64,000 bases of DNA from Raillietiella orientalis (Eukaryota), in assembly GCA_036172245.1 (NCBI GenBank), contig JAYWIR010000060.1:496001-560000 (forward strand). Reading direction: 5' to 3'. Every line of letters starts with the position of its first letter. Positions within the stretch are counted from its first letter, which is position 1. Shown one piece after another: positions 49,001 to 61,979 of the stretch. A program made the position numbers and the translations under genes. Under the pieces are notes generated by a model. It ran no database searches and was not told the DNA's origin. It saw only the letters and a list, made by a program, of their open reading frames with translations.

Positions 49001-52000
49001 GGGGTCTGTGGCCCGCCGAGAAGACAGCTGCGGACAACGATGCTGAGGATTCCTCCGGTTGTGCAGCAAATTTACTGCCGATCGGACCCCTCCCCCCCCC
49101 ACACGTCGATGCTGCTACTCGCAATACCCATGGATTCCGTTCCCTTCATTTCGTACAGTACTGCTTGGATCTTATGGATTACGACTCGGTTTTCGTTTCA
49201 TGAGCTTCCAATCAAAAGAAAACTCCGCACTTTTTTTTTTTACTCCCCCCATATGATTTCGATTTTTCTCTTGAAACCAACCTCGCAATCTTCAAGAAAA
49301 CGGTATATTTTCTTAAAGATTGAGAAAGCCTCAATTTCTTTACTGCGATGTTAAAGAGCAATTTCTGTTTTGCTTTTTTTTTTTCCCCCGCTGCTGGTCG
49401 TAATGTTTTATGCTTGAGAATGACGACAGTTCAAATACGAATCTCCCATTTCAAGAAAACCAAGTGGTACAAGATGGCATTTTCACCATCGGATCCTCGG
49501 CCTTTTCCCATGAATTCAATAAACACCAACAACCAATTAGAAAAATGTGAAAAACAAGCATTTCGAATTGCAATCAAAAACTGAATGATCAGTGACGTAT
49601 TCTTTGATCGATGCCTTTTTGGCTTCCTTTCCTGTAAACTGGCAACGCTTTCTGAGATAGCCCTGTGCTCTTCCCACGAAACACTTGCAAACACTGATGT
49701 CAAGTCATTGTGGACCTTTGATAAAACAAGAAATCCCTCGCCGGTGCTTCCTTTGGAAGGGGGGCAAAGGCTAAAAAAACTTCACCCATCCGAAAGATAA
49801 CCACCCCTCCTGCTTTAATCATTGGGATTTTCACCCAGGAAACAGGAATCTATTCAAGAATTAGAACCAGCGCGAATGGGAAACATATTGGGCAGTAAAA
49901 AATGATGGCAAAACAAAAATTCTCAGCCTCACATTCTCAGTCACCCTACATGGTACATACGAATTACGAAATTGTTCTGAATAATCAATCGATAACTCCT
50001 TTGTATAACTAATTAGGAACACTTCTCTCGAGAGAGGCGAACGACAACTTTTGTTTTCTAGATACGGTGGAAACCTCACTGGGCAATCGCAATTCTAGGA
50101 CTTCATTTTGGATTGCTAATCACATAGAAAAACAAGTTCACTTTGGCATCCGTTGATTGCAAAACGCACAATGAAGGCTCCAAACTGATCCTTGCTCCTT
50201 CACATTCATACTAGTCTCTTTACAGCTGCCAAAGCTTACAACTGAAAACCTAAACAAAAGCCACATTTATAACTCAAGTGTACATTGAAAAAGTTACATG
50301 TTTACTCAAAGCACTCCGGGCATTATACTTTTACTGATCAGTATCTTGCCGTCAACAGATGATCTCCAGCAGTACATGAAAAATATGGGAGCCACAACGT
50401 AGCTACAGTGTTTGCAAACACTGATCACTTGGAACCAGAGAATTTTGCAAAAGGGGTGTCCAATTATTGGTTTGCAGTTCCTTCCTATTATTTGCTTCCT
50501 CCAAATTCGTAACAAATGAATTGTGCTGCTGCATCATATACAGTAATAAGACCAAAAACACACATGTATCATGTCATTTTGGTTAAATGTACTTATGAGC
50601 ATTTGACTATACTTGAATGTAAAACAAGTGACCATTATGATTCAAACAGCACGGTTCCTTCAAACTCAATACTAGCAAAGAGACTGTTCTGACATGTTGC
50701 AACACGCACTTTACATTCTACCAAGAGCATAATTTTGTCACTAAAGTGATTAATGTTTCCATGATTTGTTTACCCTGTTCAAATGAAGCAACTGACTTTT
50801 TCTTCTAAAGAAATCAGTATTAAAAGTTCAAATTTAACATGAAACATATGTGCTTGACAGTTACCTAGCTGCAAACTCGAGCACTGGGATAATATTGCAC
50901 AAGAAAATATAAATCACATGCTTTGGTTGTACAATTATGGTGTTAACTAAATCAGTTTTTCCAATGATATGACAAAATCAAAACTTGCATGTGGAGCTTT
51001 TGGAACTCACATTAAGAAAACTTACATTTCTGTGGATCTGAAGAAAAGGAAATCAACACCTACAATTTCACATTTTAATGCAGAAGGCTACTTTTGAAAT
51101 TGCTGTTTATTCTGCTACAACTCATGCCATGTCTTAAATTATCAAAATGTTGTATGCCAATACCTAAATGTTGACTTCCACATCAAAGTATACTGTATGT
51201 TTAAGAAAATACCAGTTGTCACCATCATCCCTGCTTACTTATACTGTCACACTAAAGCTACCACTTCCTATGAAAACAACCTTACTGAATACTCAAAGTG
51301 GAAGATTTACCAAAAATTCTCAACAGGTCAGACAACAATGAATGATATCCTCATGATGTGCCTACATGATGTGGGATACGTGTGCAATGCACATGCTTTG
51401 TTCATGGGTATTCTGAGGGCACATCAATAATACAAACAAGTGTCTTACAAATAAATTGGGTTTCAAGATGATAAACGTACTAAAAACACTTGCTTTATCA
51501 CAAAAGTTTTTGCAGGTTGATTCAAGACTTGCAATTATTGCATCAAGAAGCAAAGTTTACAAATGGAGACTCTGAAGAATTGTTCTGTATTATCTATGTC
51601 CAGCACTTCCAGAGTTTCTTAGTACTTGTTTAAATTATTATACACGCTGCTTAAGGGTTTTTGGCACAAATTCGATTAATCTTCTTTCTTCCTTTTTTTC
51701 ACAATGGCATTTGCCTCTTTTCCATGACGCAACTTTCTAACGTTAATCACATTTTTCTAAACATATTCATCATCTTAATCTTTCCTACCATTTTTCAAAA
51801 CCTGTAATGTGAAGTAAAGAGCATATTACCAAAGAAAAAATAATCATATGCCTTTGAACGTGCCTGTTTGAAAATGGATGCTTCCAGATGGTTTCTACTT
51901 TTGGTCATAACAACTCTGTTCACTCTGCAGGTCTTAAAACTATCATTTGAACGTAGTGCCGCGTTTCTGGCAATTTCTTTACAATACTTCATACCACACA

Positions 52001-53504
52001 CGGCAATTCGTACAAAACAATTTTCGCAAACATAACATATCAACTCACACACTATGAACAGTTTATCATCTGACAAAGAAGGAATTTTTTTGAAAGCACA
52101 CCAACATTATTTTCCCCTTAACCGCCTCCCCCCCCCTCCCCCCCAAAAAAAAAACCATTTTAAAATTTCAAATTTACGTCCCTTGATTTACATACTTACC
52201 CTAACAGATACAAATGAAATACAGGGAATTTAACATTTTAAAAGTTCTGTCGACACCAAAATGGGGCTCAAGAAACTGAATAAATACTAATCCATTTAAT
52301 TTTTCCAGCGTTGCTTTCCTCAACGCTCATGCGAGACTTCTTACTGGCATATTGAGATAGCCATCTCAAGACAGATCAAGATTTTATTTATGCATTTCAA
52401 TCCTCGTTTAAAAAAAACAAATAAAAAAAGGGGGGGAAAGAAAAAGAAGGGCGGGGGGGTAGAAAAAAGGGACTTTAGGGAGAACTTCATTGAATTTATA
52501 TGAAATTCGGAGTTATAAGTCATTCCAGCCATGCCCGTTTCCAGATTACACGTTCCCTCAGTGTTGCTCCAAACTGGTAGGAGATAAAATGTAGCATAAA
52601 AGCAGCTGGCAGGAAAAAAAATAATAATAATAATAATTTCATACTGACATTTGAAAAGTGTTATAACTTGGGATTCTCTGGAAAAAAAAAAGAAAAGAAA
52701 AAGAAAAGCATCCCAATGGATGAAATGACTAATCAAACAATGTAACACAAAATGGACCCGTCACTCTAAAAACGAGATGCTGAAATTTCCATCCACAGAG
52801 AATCTGTTCTCACCACCAGACATTTCAGAAGCAGCTTCCCTTTCTCCATCATCACAGCATGGTTCAAATTGTGGGCCACGTTTCACTCTTGAGCCTATTC
52901 GACTAGCAATGTGTTGAACTCTGTTTTCTTAATTGAATTCAGGCCGCAAACTAACGTGCACGAGCAGAAGATAAAGGAATAATGATCCCTATTCTAGAGT
53001 TATCTGTTTAATAAAAAAAAACAACGACACTTTTAAAAGTTCAAGTACAAACAAGTACTGAAAGCTAAAAGAGGAAATTAAAAATAGACGAAGCACTCAA
53101 CCTCAGCACACAATTGTAAAATAAGGAGAGGATCTGCAGATTTAGTCAACTCGTCACTAACAGCAGATTAGAAAAAGAATAAGGAAAACTTAGGTGTGTT
53201 TGGAAACGTTCTCGCCGTTGGTGGCAGTTTTCAAGACAATCCCTGTGTACCACTGGGAAAGGCAACAAAGAAACATCCAAGCGAAAGACGGCGGAAGTGT
53301 TGTGTTTTAACGTGTTTTCACCTAATATGTAAGGAATCATCTTTTCCCATAACCGCACTTCTTGACTTGTTTTGTGGTTCTACAACCGAATTTTTTTTTT
53401 CCTGCGTATTTTGTCTTCCGTTTTTTTTTTTGGGAAACGCTCTTGCCATAGTCATCATGGTCCTTTCGTTTTCGGTTCTCTACCGGATCAACCAGAATTC
53501 TCAC

Positions 53505-53545
53505 CTTATAACCACATCCCAAGATTTCTTTCACTTCCGGGCGTT
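53505..53545 (-). promoter_or_regulatory. Candidate first (5' UTR) exon / promoter-proximal region of a minus-strand gene, possibly Graf
   Basis: CCGGAAGTG ETS-type motif followed by a strong AAG|GTGAGA donor at 53504; Graf has an unpaired acceptor upstream of its ATG (exon starts at 39254). Confidence 0.3.
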
Positions 53546-54299
53546 GCAGTGTCGCTTCCCAACGGTTCGGTTTCCTCCTGAACCTTCTTCCGAAACGAAG
53601 AACGCATTTTTATAACATGGAAACTCCATTATAGCTCGGATAATTATCATCACGTGCTTCCTTTCAAACGTGAATGCTAATTTTTGGCCTAAGGACACTG
53701 TCATTTATCACGTGACATGCTCCAGTTTGTAGTCAATGACTTCAGTGCGGTGAAATAAGGAGATGGCTGCCTAAGCATCCAGTAATTCTCTTCTCGAAAA
53801 TAAGCTATGCTTCTCTTGATTGACGTCTTCCACATTTTTATCAAACGTGCTTCTTAACTACTGAACTTGAGCCATCGCATACGTTTTTCTGATCGTGAAC
53901 TCCAGCCATCGAAAATTCGTGCTTCATTAGGGAACACGGAAACCGCAGTGGCGATTTTTTGCTTGTGACAGGGAGAGTCGAAGCAGGGCACTTTTTTTTG
54001 GTAAAATTTGCAATTGCACTGTGCTGCAGAAAAAGGGTGCCCTGCTTTCATTCCCCGGGCAGCGGTCGGGAAGGGGCGCATGAGATACCAGAAGGTTTGC
54101 TTCCCAAGTTGAACACTGAACATTTCTCTATTATTTTCTGTGTCGAGTCATTGGAGATGGATGGAGGGGCTGCTCGTCTTCTGGCACTTGGCGCCGTGTC
54201 GAACGGAATGGAACGAGGACCGCAGTTGAACGAGGCACTCAGGAAAACACCAGATTCAGTGCGAAAGTGCCGAAAGGTCCTGCGCCACCCCAGTTGCTG

Positions 54300-57200
54300 A
54301 AAAAAACGGGTGTTAATGTGCAGATCCTGAACGGCCTGTAACAGTGGTTGGCTGTTCCTGCAGAGCTAACGTCCCCACTGCTTTTTGGAAGAGGGGGAAT
54401 GGCCACGGTTCCTGCTGATCATCTGGTAAAACTCTTCGGGATTCCGTGGAAACTCTGGATCAAATGGATCCTGGAAACTTTCGTTGCTCTTGTTTGCACC
54501 ACCGGGTGGAGGATTCGGCACTAGGGTGCACCCAGAGCCCACGAGGATGCCTCCATTTTCTGCAGGTTGCCACAAAGATGCGACCATTCGGCGAAAAATC
54601 TTCGTCGCAGCTCCAGCGACCCAGGAGCTGGCGAGATACTTCGGCTGCGGTCGTTCGGCAAGATGGGGGAGCCTTCCGCGAAGGCGGGGCGGGGAGTTCC
54701 GAGCGGCGCGTCGGAGCGCGCCCGATGACGTCACGAGAGCATCCGCGCCCCTCGTGCCGAGAGGTCGTTCTGCGTGCGCAGCGGTCGTGGGGGTGGAGGG
54801 GGCTGCTGCTTGTCTTTCGGACTGTTGGGCGGTTGCCATTACCACAGGGGACTCCTGTTCCCCTGGCAAGGGGGAAGGGGGGGGACATTCGAAGAAAGTC
54901 TGGACCTCCTGCCACGCCACTTAGCGGCAGCACTCGGAGGCGCTCGGGCGATCACCCGGCGGGAGGCCCAAGAGAGCGCGCGCGGGGAATCCGAGAAGAT
55001 TCCCTATTTCCCAGGGCGGGGTGGAGCCAGAGAGACGTGGAGCCTGGGAGCGGCAGGCGGGAGCGGAGGAAGCGGCAAGCGGACCTCTCCTCTTCCCTGT
55101 GGGCAGGGCGCGACGCCGTCTCCTGAGAGCGGAGTGACATCGAAGCCTCTCGGAGGTGCTGCAGCAGGCAGGGTCGAAAGAGAAAGGGACCGGCGCCGAG
55201 TGTCCGAGTCTGAGGGAAGGAAGGGGTTCCCCCCGGGGTCGCAGGAGCCTGCCTGGGGGTGGCGTAACTCGGCGGGGGTAGAGCTCCCCCTCTTGGAGGG
55301 CGCGCCGGTCCTGATAAGAGCAGCTGAAGGGGGGGGGGTAGGCGGAAGCCTGGAAGGACCCTCCATCTCACGTCCACCACTGGGGAGCTGGCGGTCCAGA
55401 GGTGGACCTGCCGAGGGAAGGTCTGCCGGAAGTGTGCTCAGTGGTCATCTCCCCAGTTCCCCCATTCTTTCCCTCCCACCTTCCCGTAGGTCGGGCGAGG
55501 GGGGAGAACCACCCATCTCCGTCCCCTTGCCCCACTGCTCTCCTCCCCTTGAGCGCGGGGTCAGGGTCGACCGCATCCACCTCTTCGCCTCCTTGGCGCG
55601 CGCTCCTCGGAAACCGCATAGAGGGAAAATTTCTCCTCGCAGATCTTCCACCTCCGTAGCGGTCGGGTCACTGGCGGCGCTCCCCGGCAGGCACGACGAT
55701 TCCCAACCGGGTCCAGGGGGTTCCTGCCGCAGCTATGGAAACGGAGGGCTGCAAGGAGGTTGGCCAGCGACGGGAGGCGCCCCCTGCGGCTGGTCTCATC
55801 TTCGCCGCTCGCGTGCCACACGGCTTGAGAACTCCCTCCACCCGCCCATTCAGAGACGGAACCACCCAACGCCGACCGCGCAATCGGTCTGCCTCCGGTG
55901 ACCGACCCACCAGGCGCCGCCTTTCTTCAGGAGGGAGCAAGGTGATCGGGGCGGTGACAACTAGCCGTTCCTTCATCCCGGATGCTCCCGGTGCTGACGG
56001 AGCCTGCTCCGCCCCGAGAAGGAACAGTTCCCTGTTCCGGGAAGCGGCGGCGGAGGCTTGGGGGTCCTTGCGAGCCGGGCAAAGGAAGAGGAGGTCTCCC
56101 CTTAACGCCGCAGAAGCAGGTGGGAAAGGTCATCGACTCCCAGCCCGCCTGCTGATCTCTCGAGAGAGCGAGCGCGCACGCCTCCAGGCTGTCGCCGCCT
56201 GCCTGCCGCTCGCTCCCTTCCCTTGCTACATTAAAGTGGGAGGAGGTTGCTGGAAGAAGAGAAGAGGGGGAGAAATAGGGAGAAGAAGAGGAAGGGAGGA
56301 GGAGGAAGATGGAGGGAGGGCAGAGAGGAGAGGGGGAAGAACAGAAAGCGAACAGAGGAAAAAGCGAGAGGGTGGAGAAAGGAGGAAGAGAAGAGAAAGG
56401 GGAAAAAGAGAAGAGAGGGAGGAGAAAAGGAGGAGGAGGGAGAGAGGGAGGAGAAAAAAGAGGAAGGTGGAGAGAGGAGGAGGAGGTTTCTCGAAATCCG
56501 GGGGCAGACGCGACGACTGCCGACCGTCGGCGAGGCGGCGGCGTTTCCCGGGGACGAGAGCGAGTTTTGCGACGAGAGGGGAAGGGGGCGGGGCGTGCCT
56601 TCTCGCGAACCCCCTGGTCCACCATCTACATTCTTAGCCTCTTCCCCTTCCCCACCCCTTCCTCTTCGGCCGGTGGGACCCAGGGCACGCCGAACCCGAT
56701 TCGCGCCTGCGAGCGCCCCGGCCACGCCCCTCCCGGGAACCGAAAGTTCCCCGACGCCCTTCGGGACCCGCGCCTCGTGAGACGTACCTCGGGTGGTGGC
56801 GAGGAGAGGGAGGTCCTCCGCGAACTCCCGGCAGCGGCGATGTTGGGCGTAGGTGCGCGCTTCATCGACCGCAAGGGCGCGCTGGGGAGTGCCCGTCCAC
56901 CTGCTTGCCTGCGGGAGCACCCAGACTTCTCGTGGCCCTGCTTGCCGGCCGGTTGGTTCCTCTGAAGGGCACCTCGAGTCAGGCTGGTCCGGGAGCAGGT
57001 CGGTCGTCCTTTGAACCGTCACTCCGCTCGAAGTGCCCGCGGGGAGCCCAGGGAGGCTCTCCCCCGCGCAGGACGCCCCAGTGGTCGTTTTCTGGGCGTT
57101 GGCGTTTCACGGCTGGCGTCCTGGAGGGGAGCCGAGGGGGTGTGGAGCAGCGAGCCGCGCCGTTTCGGCTGTGGCGGATCTCGTCGCGGTCACGCACGCG

Positions 57201-57750
57201 GGGAAGAGCAGGCGGAAGCGTGAAATGGGGGTCGCCGGGGAAACGGGCCGAGGAGTGAGCTGACTCCCGTCGCGCGTCACAGGTTGCTGCTGCTCGGCGA
57301 GGAGGGAAGAGAGACAAACGAGGAGGCAGCCACCGCGCTCGGAACCCCTAGGGCTAAGAAGGGACAGCGCTGGGAAGTCTGCTGCTACCCGATCTCGAAA
57401 CGGCGCCGCCGGGTCCTCCCCGCCTCACCGCGGTCAGCTGGCATGCCTCGTTCAGGTGACCTCCGTTCGCAGGAGGAGCACTCTTCCCTCCGAGCCGTGC
57501 TGCGACACCTTGCTCCCCGGGGTAAGCTCCCAACCTCTGCGGTCCTTCACTGCCTGGTCAACGGAGTGCACCAGTCCGGGCTCCGACGAGGCCGCTTCCG
57601 GGTCCGTTCCCACGACGTCCTTGCGAACCAGGTCATCCGTCCGAGCGCCCCTTCCGCTCCAGAAAATCTGCGGACGCTTCGGTTCCGCGAAGCCTCCGCT
57701 CCGAAGGACGGGCACAGGGAGAACGGCCGGCAAGGGACTCCAGGAAGCAG
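54300..57750 (-). mobile_element. Possible heavily decayed LINE (ORF1-like then endonuclease/linker-like remnants)
   Basis: Weak echoes only (VHSVDQAVKDRRGWELT; KFSLYAV; AWQEVQTFF; PEEFYQMI), in the expected order and next to clearer LINE relics. Confidence 0.25.
56252..56486. repeat. ~235-nt polypurine (A/G) low-complexity tract
   Basis: Almost exclusively A/G on the + strand. Confidence 0.9.
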
Positions 57751-57879
57751 AGACTCGGCATCCACATGAAGAGCGGAGATACAAAGCGCCCACTTTCCGG
57801 CGGGGGCAGTTTGCTCGGTCGGTGCCCAACAGCAAATGCCTCCCGCGTGACCACCCGAGTGGGAAGGACCAGCACGCAG

Positions 57880-59060
57880 GTACCTGGAGCCGGTCCCATC
57901 CTCATTTCCGCTCCCGTGCGCTCTAGCCATAGCAGCCGCGGTTTTCCCGTCTTCCCGGCCCGTTCTCCAGAGGGTGGTACGCGGGCGCGCGCTCACCTCT
58001 GGCGACATCTCTTTCTTTGCGGCGGAACCAAAACGGTGCTACGCGTGGGGAAAAGCCTAGGGAGGCAGATCGAATCCGTTCCCAAGGACGCACGCGCCCT
58101 GCAGTGGCGTGAACCTCAACTGCAGGAACCCTCTTCGAGCAGGCGGGCTTCCTCGTTCCCATGTCACGCAACGAACGAGTATTGTGGGAAGTATCCTGCC
58201 TTATCTGAGGCAGGAGAAAACCGTTGAAGGCATGGACGACTCGGGAGCTAGCGGATGCTGCGACCCCGAACGTTCCATCTAAAGGACTTGTGCACTGGCG
58301 CGAGCTGCTCGGCATACCTCCGGATGAGGTGAAGTAGCTCCCAGCGTGCTGGGTTAGTCGCACCCTGTCCCTGGAATGGCAGGAGACGGCGCTGCTAGTG
58401 TTCCATTGGGGACTCCTTTGCAAAGCACGCCTCTTCCATTGGACGTCAGGGACTGTGGACTCCAATGTGCAGGATGCGGGAAACAAGCGACCTTCCCCCG
58501 CCTCATCATCGAGTGTGTCGTCCTACGACCCATGTGGGATCGACTGTCGGCGATCTTGATCATTCCCGGGGGCGACCCGAAGGACATTTTCCGTCGCCTC
58601 CTGATGCAGGACGCCCTGACAGCAGTCGCGTATGTGGCAGTTCTCTGCTGCATACGAGGGATCCTGGCAAAATGAACTGTGTCCAGGAGAGGATATAACA
58701 GCCAGAACGCCATACACTGGTCCGCTATCAACATTGAGAAAGCTTTCCGATGGTCCAGGCTAAGAACATTACGTCCAGCACTTGTCTGCATCCCGAACAG
58801 GATTCAGAGGACCACTCGGAGCGAACAGTGATCCCTTTCCAGCCCTCACCTCCCCTGAAACATTTCCCTCCCCTCGGTTTTTGTTTGATTTTTTATTTTT
58901 CTTTGTGATTTTCCCTTCCTCATCGCCTCTATAGTGGACCTCAGAAGCCTGAGGGTTGGCAGCGGCAAGTGTGTTAACACAGGCAGAATCACGTTTTCTG
59001 CCTTCACATAACGTTAAGACTTTATTATGAAATTTTTATGATAGAAATTTTAATAATAAA
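57880..59060 (+). mobile_element. Decayed 3' portion of a non-LTR retrotransposon ORF2 (L1/Tx1-like C-terminal Zn finger) plus T-rich 3' UTR
   Basis: SRTLSLEWQETALLVFHWGLLCKARLFHWT, frameshift, QCAGCGKQATFPRLIIECVVLRPMW; in-frame stops; T-rich tail and AATAAA near 59055; paralogous to 61980-63335. Confidence 0.7.
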
Positions 59061-59699
59061 TGCCCCGGCATATCCGGGTGAAACCTCCCGCTGCGGTGTC
59101 TGACACCGAGCGCGATGCCCAACGCAAAGCCCCCGCCTTGGATGCACCTCTGGTGCGTCTCTTGCAGCGCCCTCTCGCCAACCCCTCCTTTTCTACTGAC
59201 CAATCAACACGGATTAGTGCAGAGTCATCGGAACGCCCCCTGACTCCGGGTAGAACGACGTCCACCCTCGAGGCCAGGGAAGCACGAGAAGAAAGGAGCG
59301 TTCCTTAGGATTCACATTTTTCAGAACCAGTGGCAACATTGCCATCCTTGTGATAAGGCTCCCCCCTCCCCAGTCGGTCCGGATGCAGAGATCCTCCTTG
59401 TGCCGTCTCCAAGAGCTACGCTCCTCAGGCGGCGACGATGGCGCGGGTGTTCCGACCAGGGAACGAGGCGCAGCAGCGCCCCCGCGGCTCGAGGTGAGCT
59501 TCGTCCAGCCCGAGAAACCCCCCCCAGGGTATTCTGGGTCGAGTCCGCGCCTTTTGGAAAGGAGAAGGGGCACAAGACGAAGAGGGCTGCTGGTCTGCCG
59601 CGCCCGGTCAAAGCTGCTCCCCACGGTACGGAGTGCCCGCTGCTCCCCGGAGGTACGAGGACGTTTGGGTCAAAAAGCGCCGCCTCCCGCCAAACCCGG

Positions 59700-60200
59700 A
59701 TGCTCTTCGCCATCCCTGAAGGAAACTTGTCTCGGCAGGGGCAAGAATGGGAGCCGACGGGACTCGGAAGCGAGCCGCCATCCCAGAGCAGCTGCAGGCG
59801 CCAGAAGCGTCTGCACATGACCCGGGACGTTTCCTGCTTTCTCGGGAACTCTGAGGCCGCGCCGGCCGCCGGGCAGCTCCACAGGGAGAAAGCCGAGGGT
59901 CGGCTGCCTGCGACCCCAATCTGGTCTTTGATGGCAGCATACTCCTGAGAAGGCAGCAGAGAAGCGCAACGTGGGTGGGGAGCGCCTGGGGAACTCCCTT
60001 TCCCTCTCCAGCGACGCTCTCTCCCCAAAGGACGTTTTGCTCCCATCCCGTAGATGTAGATGTCCCATAGACGTGCATGGACGTGTTGGTCCGTAGGGAG
60101 TCGTGGACATCTGCCACCACCTAAGGGCCGGGATATCCGGTCTAGTGCTGCGCTCTCATCCCTCCAGATAAAATCTTTCTTGCGGACCCATCCCTCGCTC
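59700..60200 (-). mobile_element. Possible LINE ORF2 fragment (region after the RT domain)
   Basis: KDFIWRDESAALDRISRPLGGG resembles the FIW...L..P...GG motif that follows L1/Tx1 RT. Confidence 0.35.
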
Positions 60201-61979
60201 TCGCTTGTTTCCCTCCGGACCTGAGTCCTAATGGATTCGGCGGCGGCCGCGGACGTTTCCTCGCTGCTCCCTCCCCCTGTCTGGGGTTGGGGTAACTTGG
60301 CGCATAATGAACGGACTGGGTTCAAAGCACTGGAAGGAGCGAAGGCGGGGTGTGGTTCATGTGGGCGATTCTTCCCACAAAGCGGTCGCACCATTCGAGC
60401 GCGCGCGCACAGGTGCCCCTGGTACCTGCCGAGTGGCGGCGAGAAGAATCTCAAAGGTAAAATTTTTTCTGGACTTCCGCGAGGGAGAAGGTAGCAGAGA
60501 AAATAAATACGTAAATAAAAAGAAGAATCCACTCGAAGTCGAAATCCATCGTTGGCGAACCATCCATTGTGGCAGAGTGGCACAGGGAGCGGAATGAAAA
60601 AAACAAAAAGACGATCCGAATTTCGGTGGTGGCAATCCTGCGCCTGCAGGAACGTCGCTTCGCTTTGGCGCCGTGCGCCTCCGATCCCTTTCACTTTCCT
60701 TTCGGCATTCTTCTCCTGGGCGCGCGCGGAACGACCCGACGGCGGAGCACCGAATCTGGGGCGCTGACGTCACACCAGTGCGGCCGCTGTTGCTGGGCGG
60801 CGCTCGTGGTGTGGGGTTCCTGCACGCGAAGGAAGGGATCTCCGCTCGTCCATCTTCCTGGGAGGGGGCTCTTTTCCGAAGAATACGAAGAGCAATGGAC
60901 GTAAGGGATGGGCGGCAGCGTACGAAAAGCACGCGAAGATGAAGGGCGTGCGGTGGAAGCGCCAGAGAACTCCACCAACGGCGGTTCTTCACCGTGCATG
61001 CTCCAGCGCGCACTCGAGCCGAATTCCGGTCGGGGTCAAGCACGACCTGCATCCTTGGAGAAATCCCGCGCCGGGTTGCACCCGTACCGCCGGTCGTCTG
61101 CGCTTCGAGGGGGCGCGGAGTGCCGGCCTCGGAGAGGGCACGGGTGGCGAGCACACCGGACGCGCCAGGACGAACGCCCAGGACGCGAGTGCCTGACTTT
61201 GGCGCCCCTCGGCTCCGCGCCAGCAGGCGATAGCGGTCGCCGCTTGCCCGCCAGCTTTTGACCCCATCTTCCTCCCTCCCCCCCTACCGGTCTCGGGCCA
61301 ATGAAACGAGGCGGCGCTTCAGGAAGCGAAGAAACTTTCGCTCCGGCACTGTGCGCAAGCGAAGAAGGCAAGGGGTGCTTCGAAGTCGCCTCGCCCTTTC
61401 GTCCCAGCTCCCTCTCCGGCAAGGTCACTCCTTACGGCTCGTCTCGTTCCGGCGTAGCTTCTCCCTGTGACGAAAGGCGGCGGAGGGAGAGGAGACGGTG
61501 GCTCGCGCTGCTGCACGCAGCAGGAGTTCCTCAAACGCTGCCGAAAAAACGAAAATTCCCTCCTGGGGGTCATCCTGCTTCCTCCTTCGGTATCTTGACT
61601 TCCCCTCCTCTCAACGGTGTCGTTCTTTTAACCCGTTGAATCAGGGGATCGCACCACGATTTCCTCTGCGGTTCCGGGGACTCCATCCGAGGCTGAAGGG
61701 ACAGCGAGCCAGTCCTCGAGATTCGTTCTCCTCGCTCGTGTCTCTCGCGCGTCGTGCCGTGCTGTGGAGGAGCGTTGCCGCGGAAACGTCCGTCCTGTCG
61801 TTCAAGCGTTGTGTGTTCCCCCTGGAATACCCAGGGTGCCTTTTCTTCCGAAAATCGCGGCCTCCGCGCGCGCGGCACCGATCGTCGCGGGTTAGAATTC
61901 CCCTTTGGAAGGCTCGACCATAGCCGAGAGTGGTGGGTGCGTCGGGGGAAAATCCTGAAGGACTTGCGCTCTCCACAGA

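Noticed and set aside
58735..58770. Minus-strand LSLDHRKAF resembling the RT motif LSLDxEKAFD
   Set aside because: Lies antisense within a plus-strand ORF2 tail with no other RT motifs nearby
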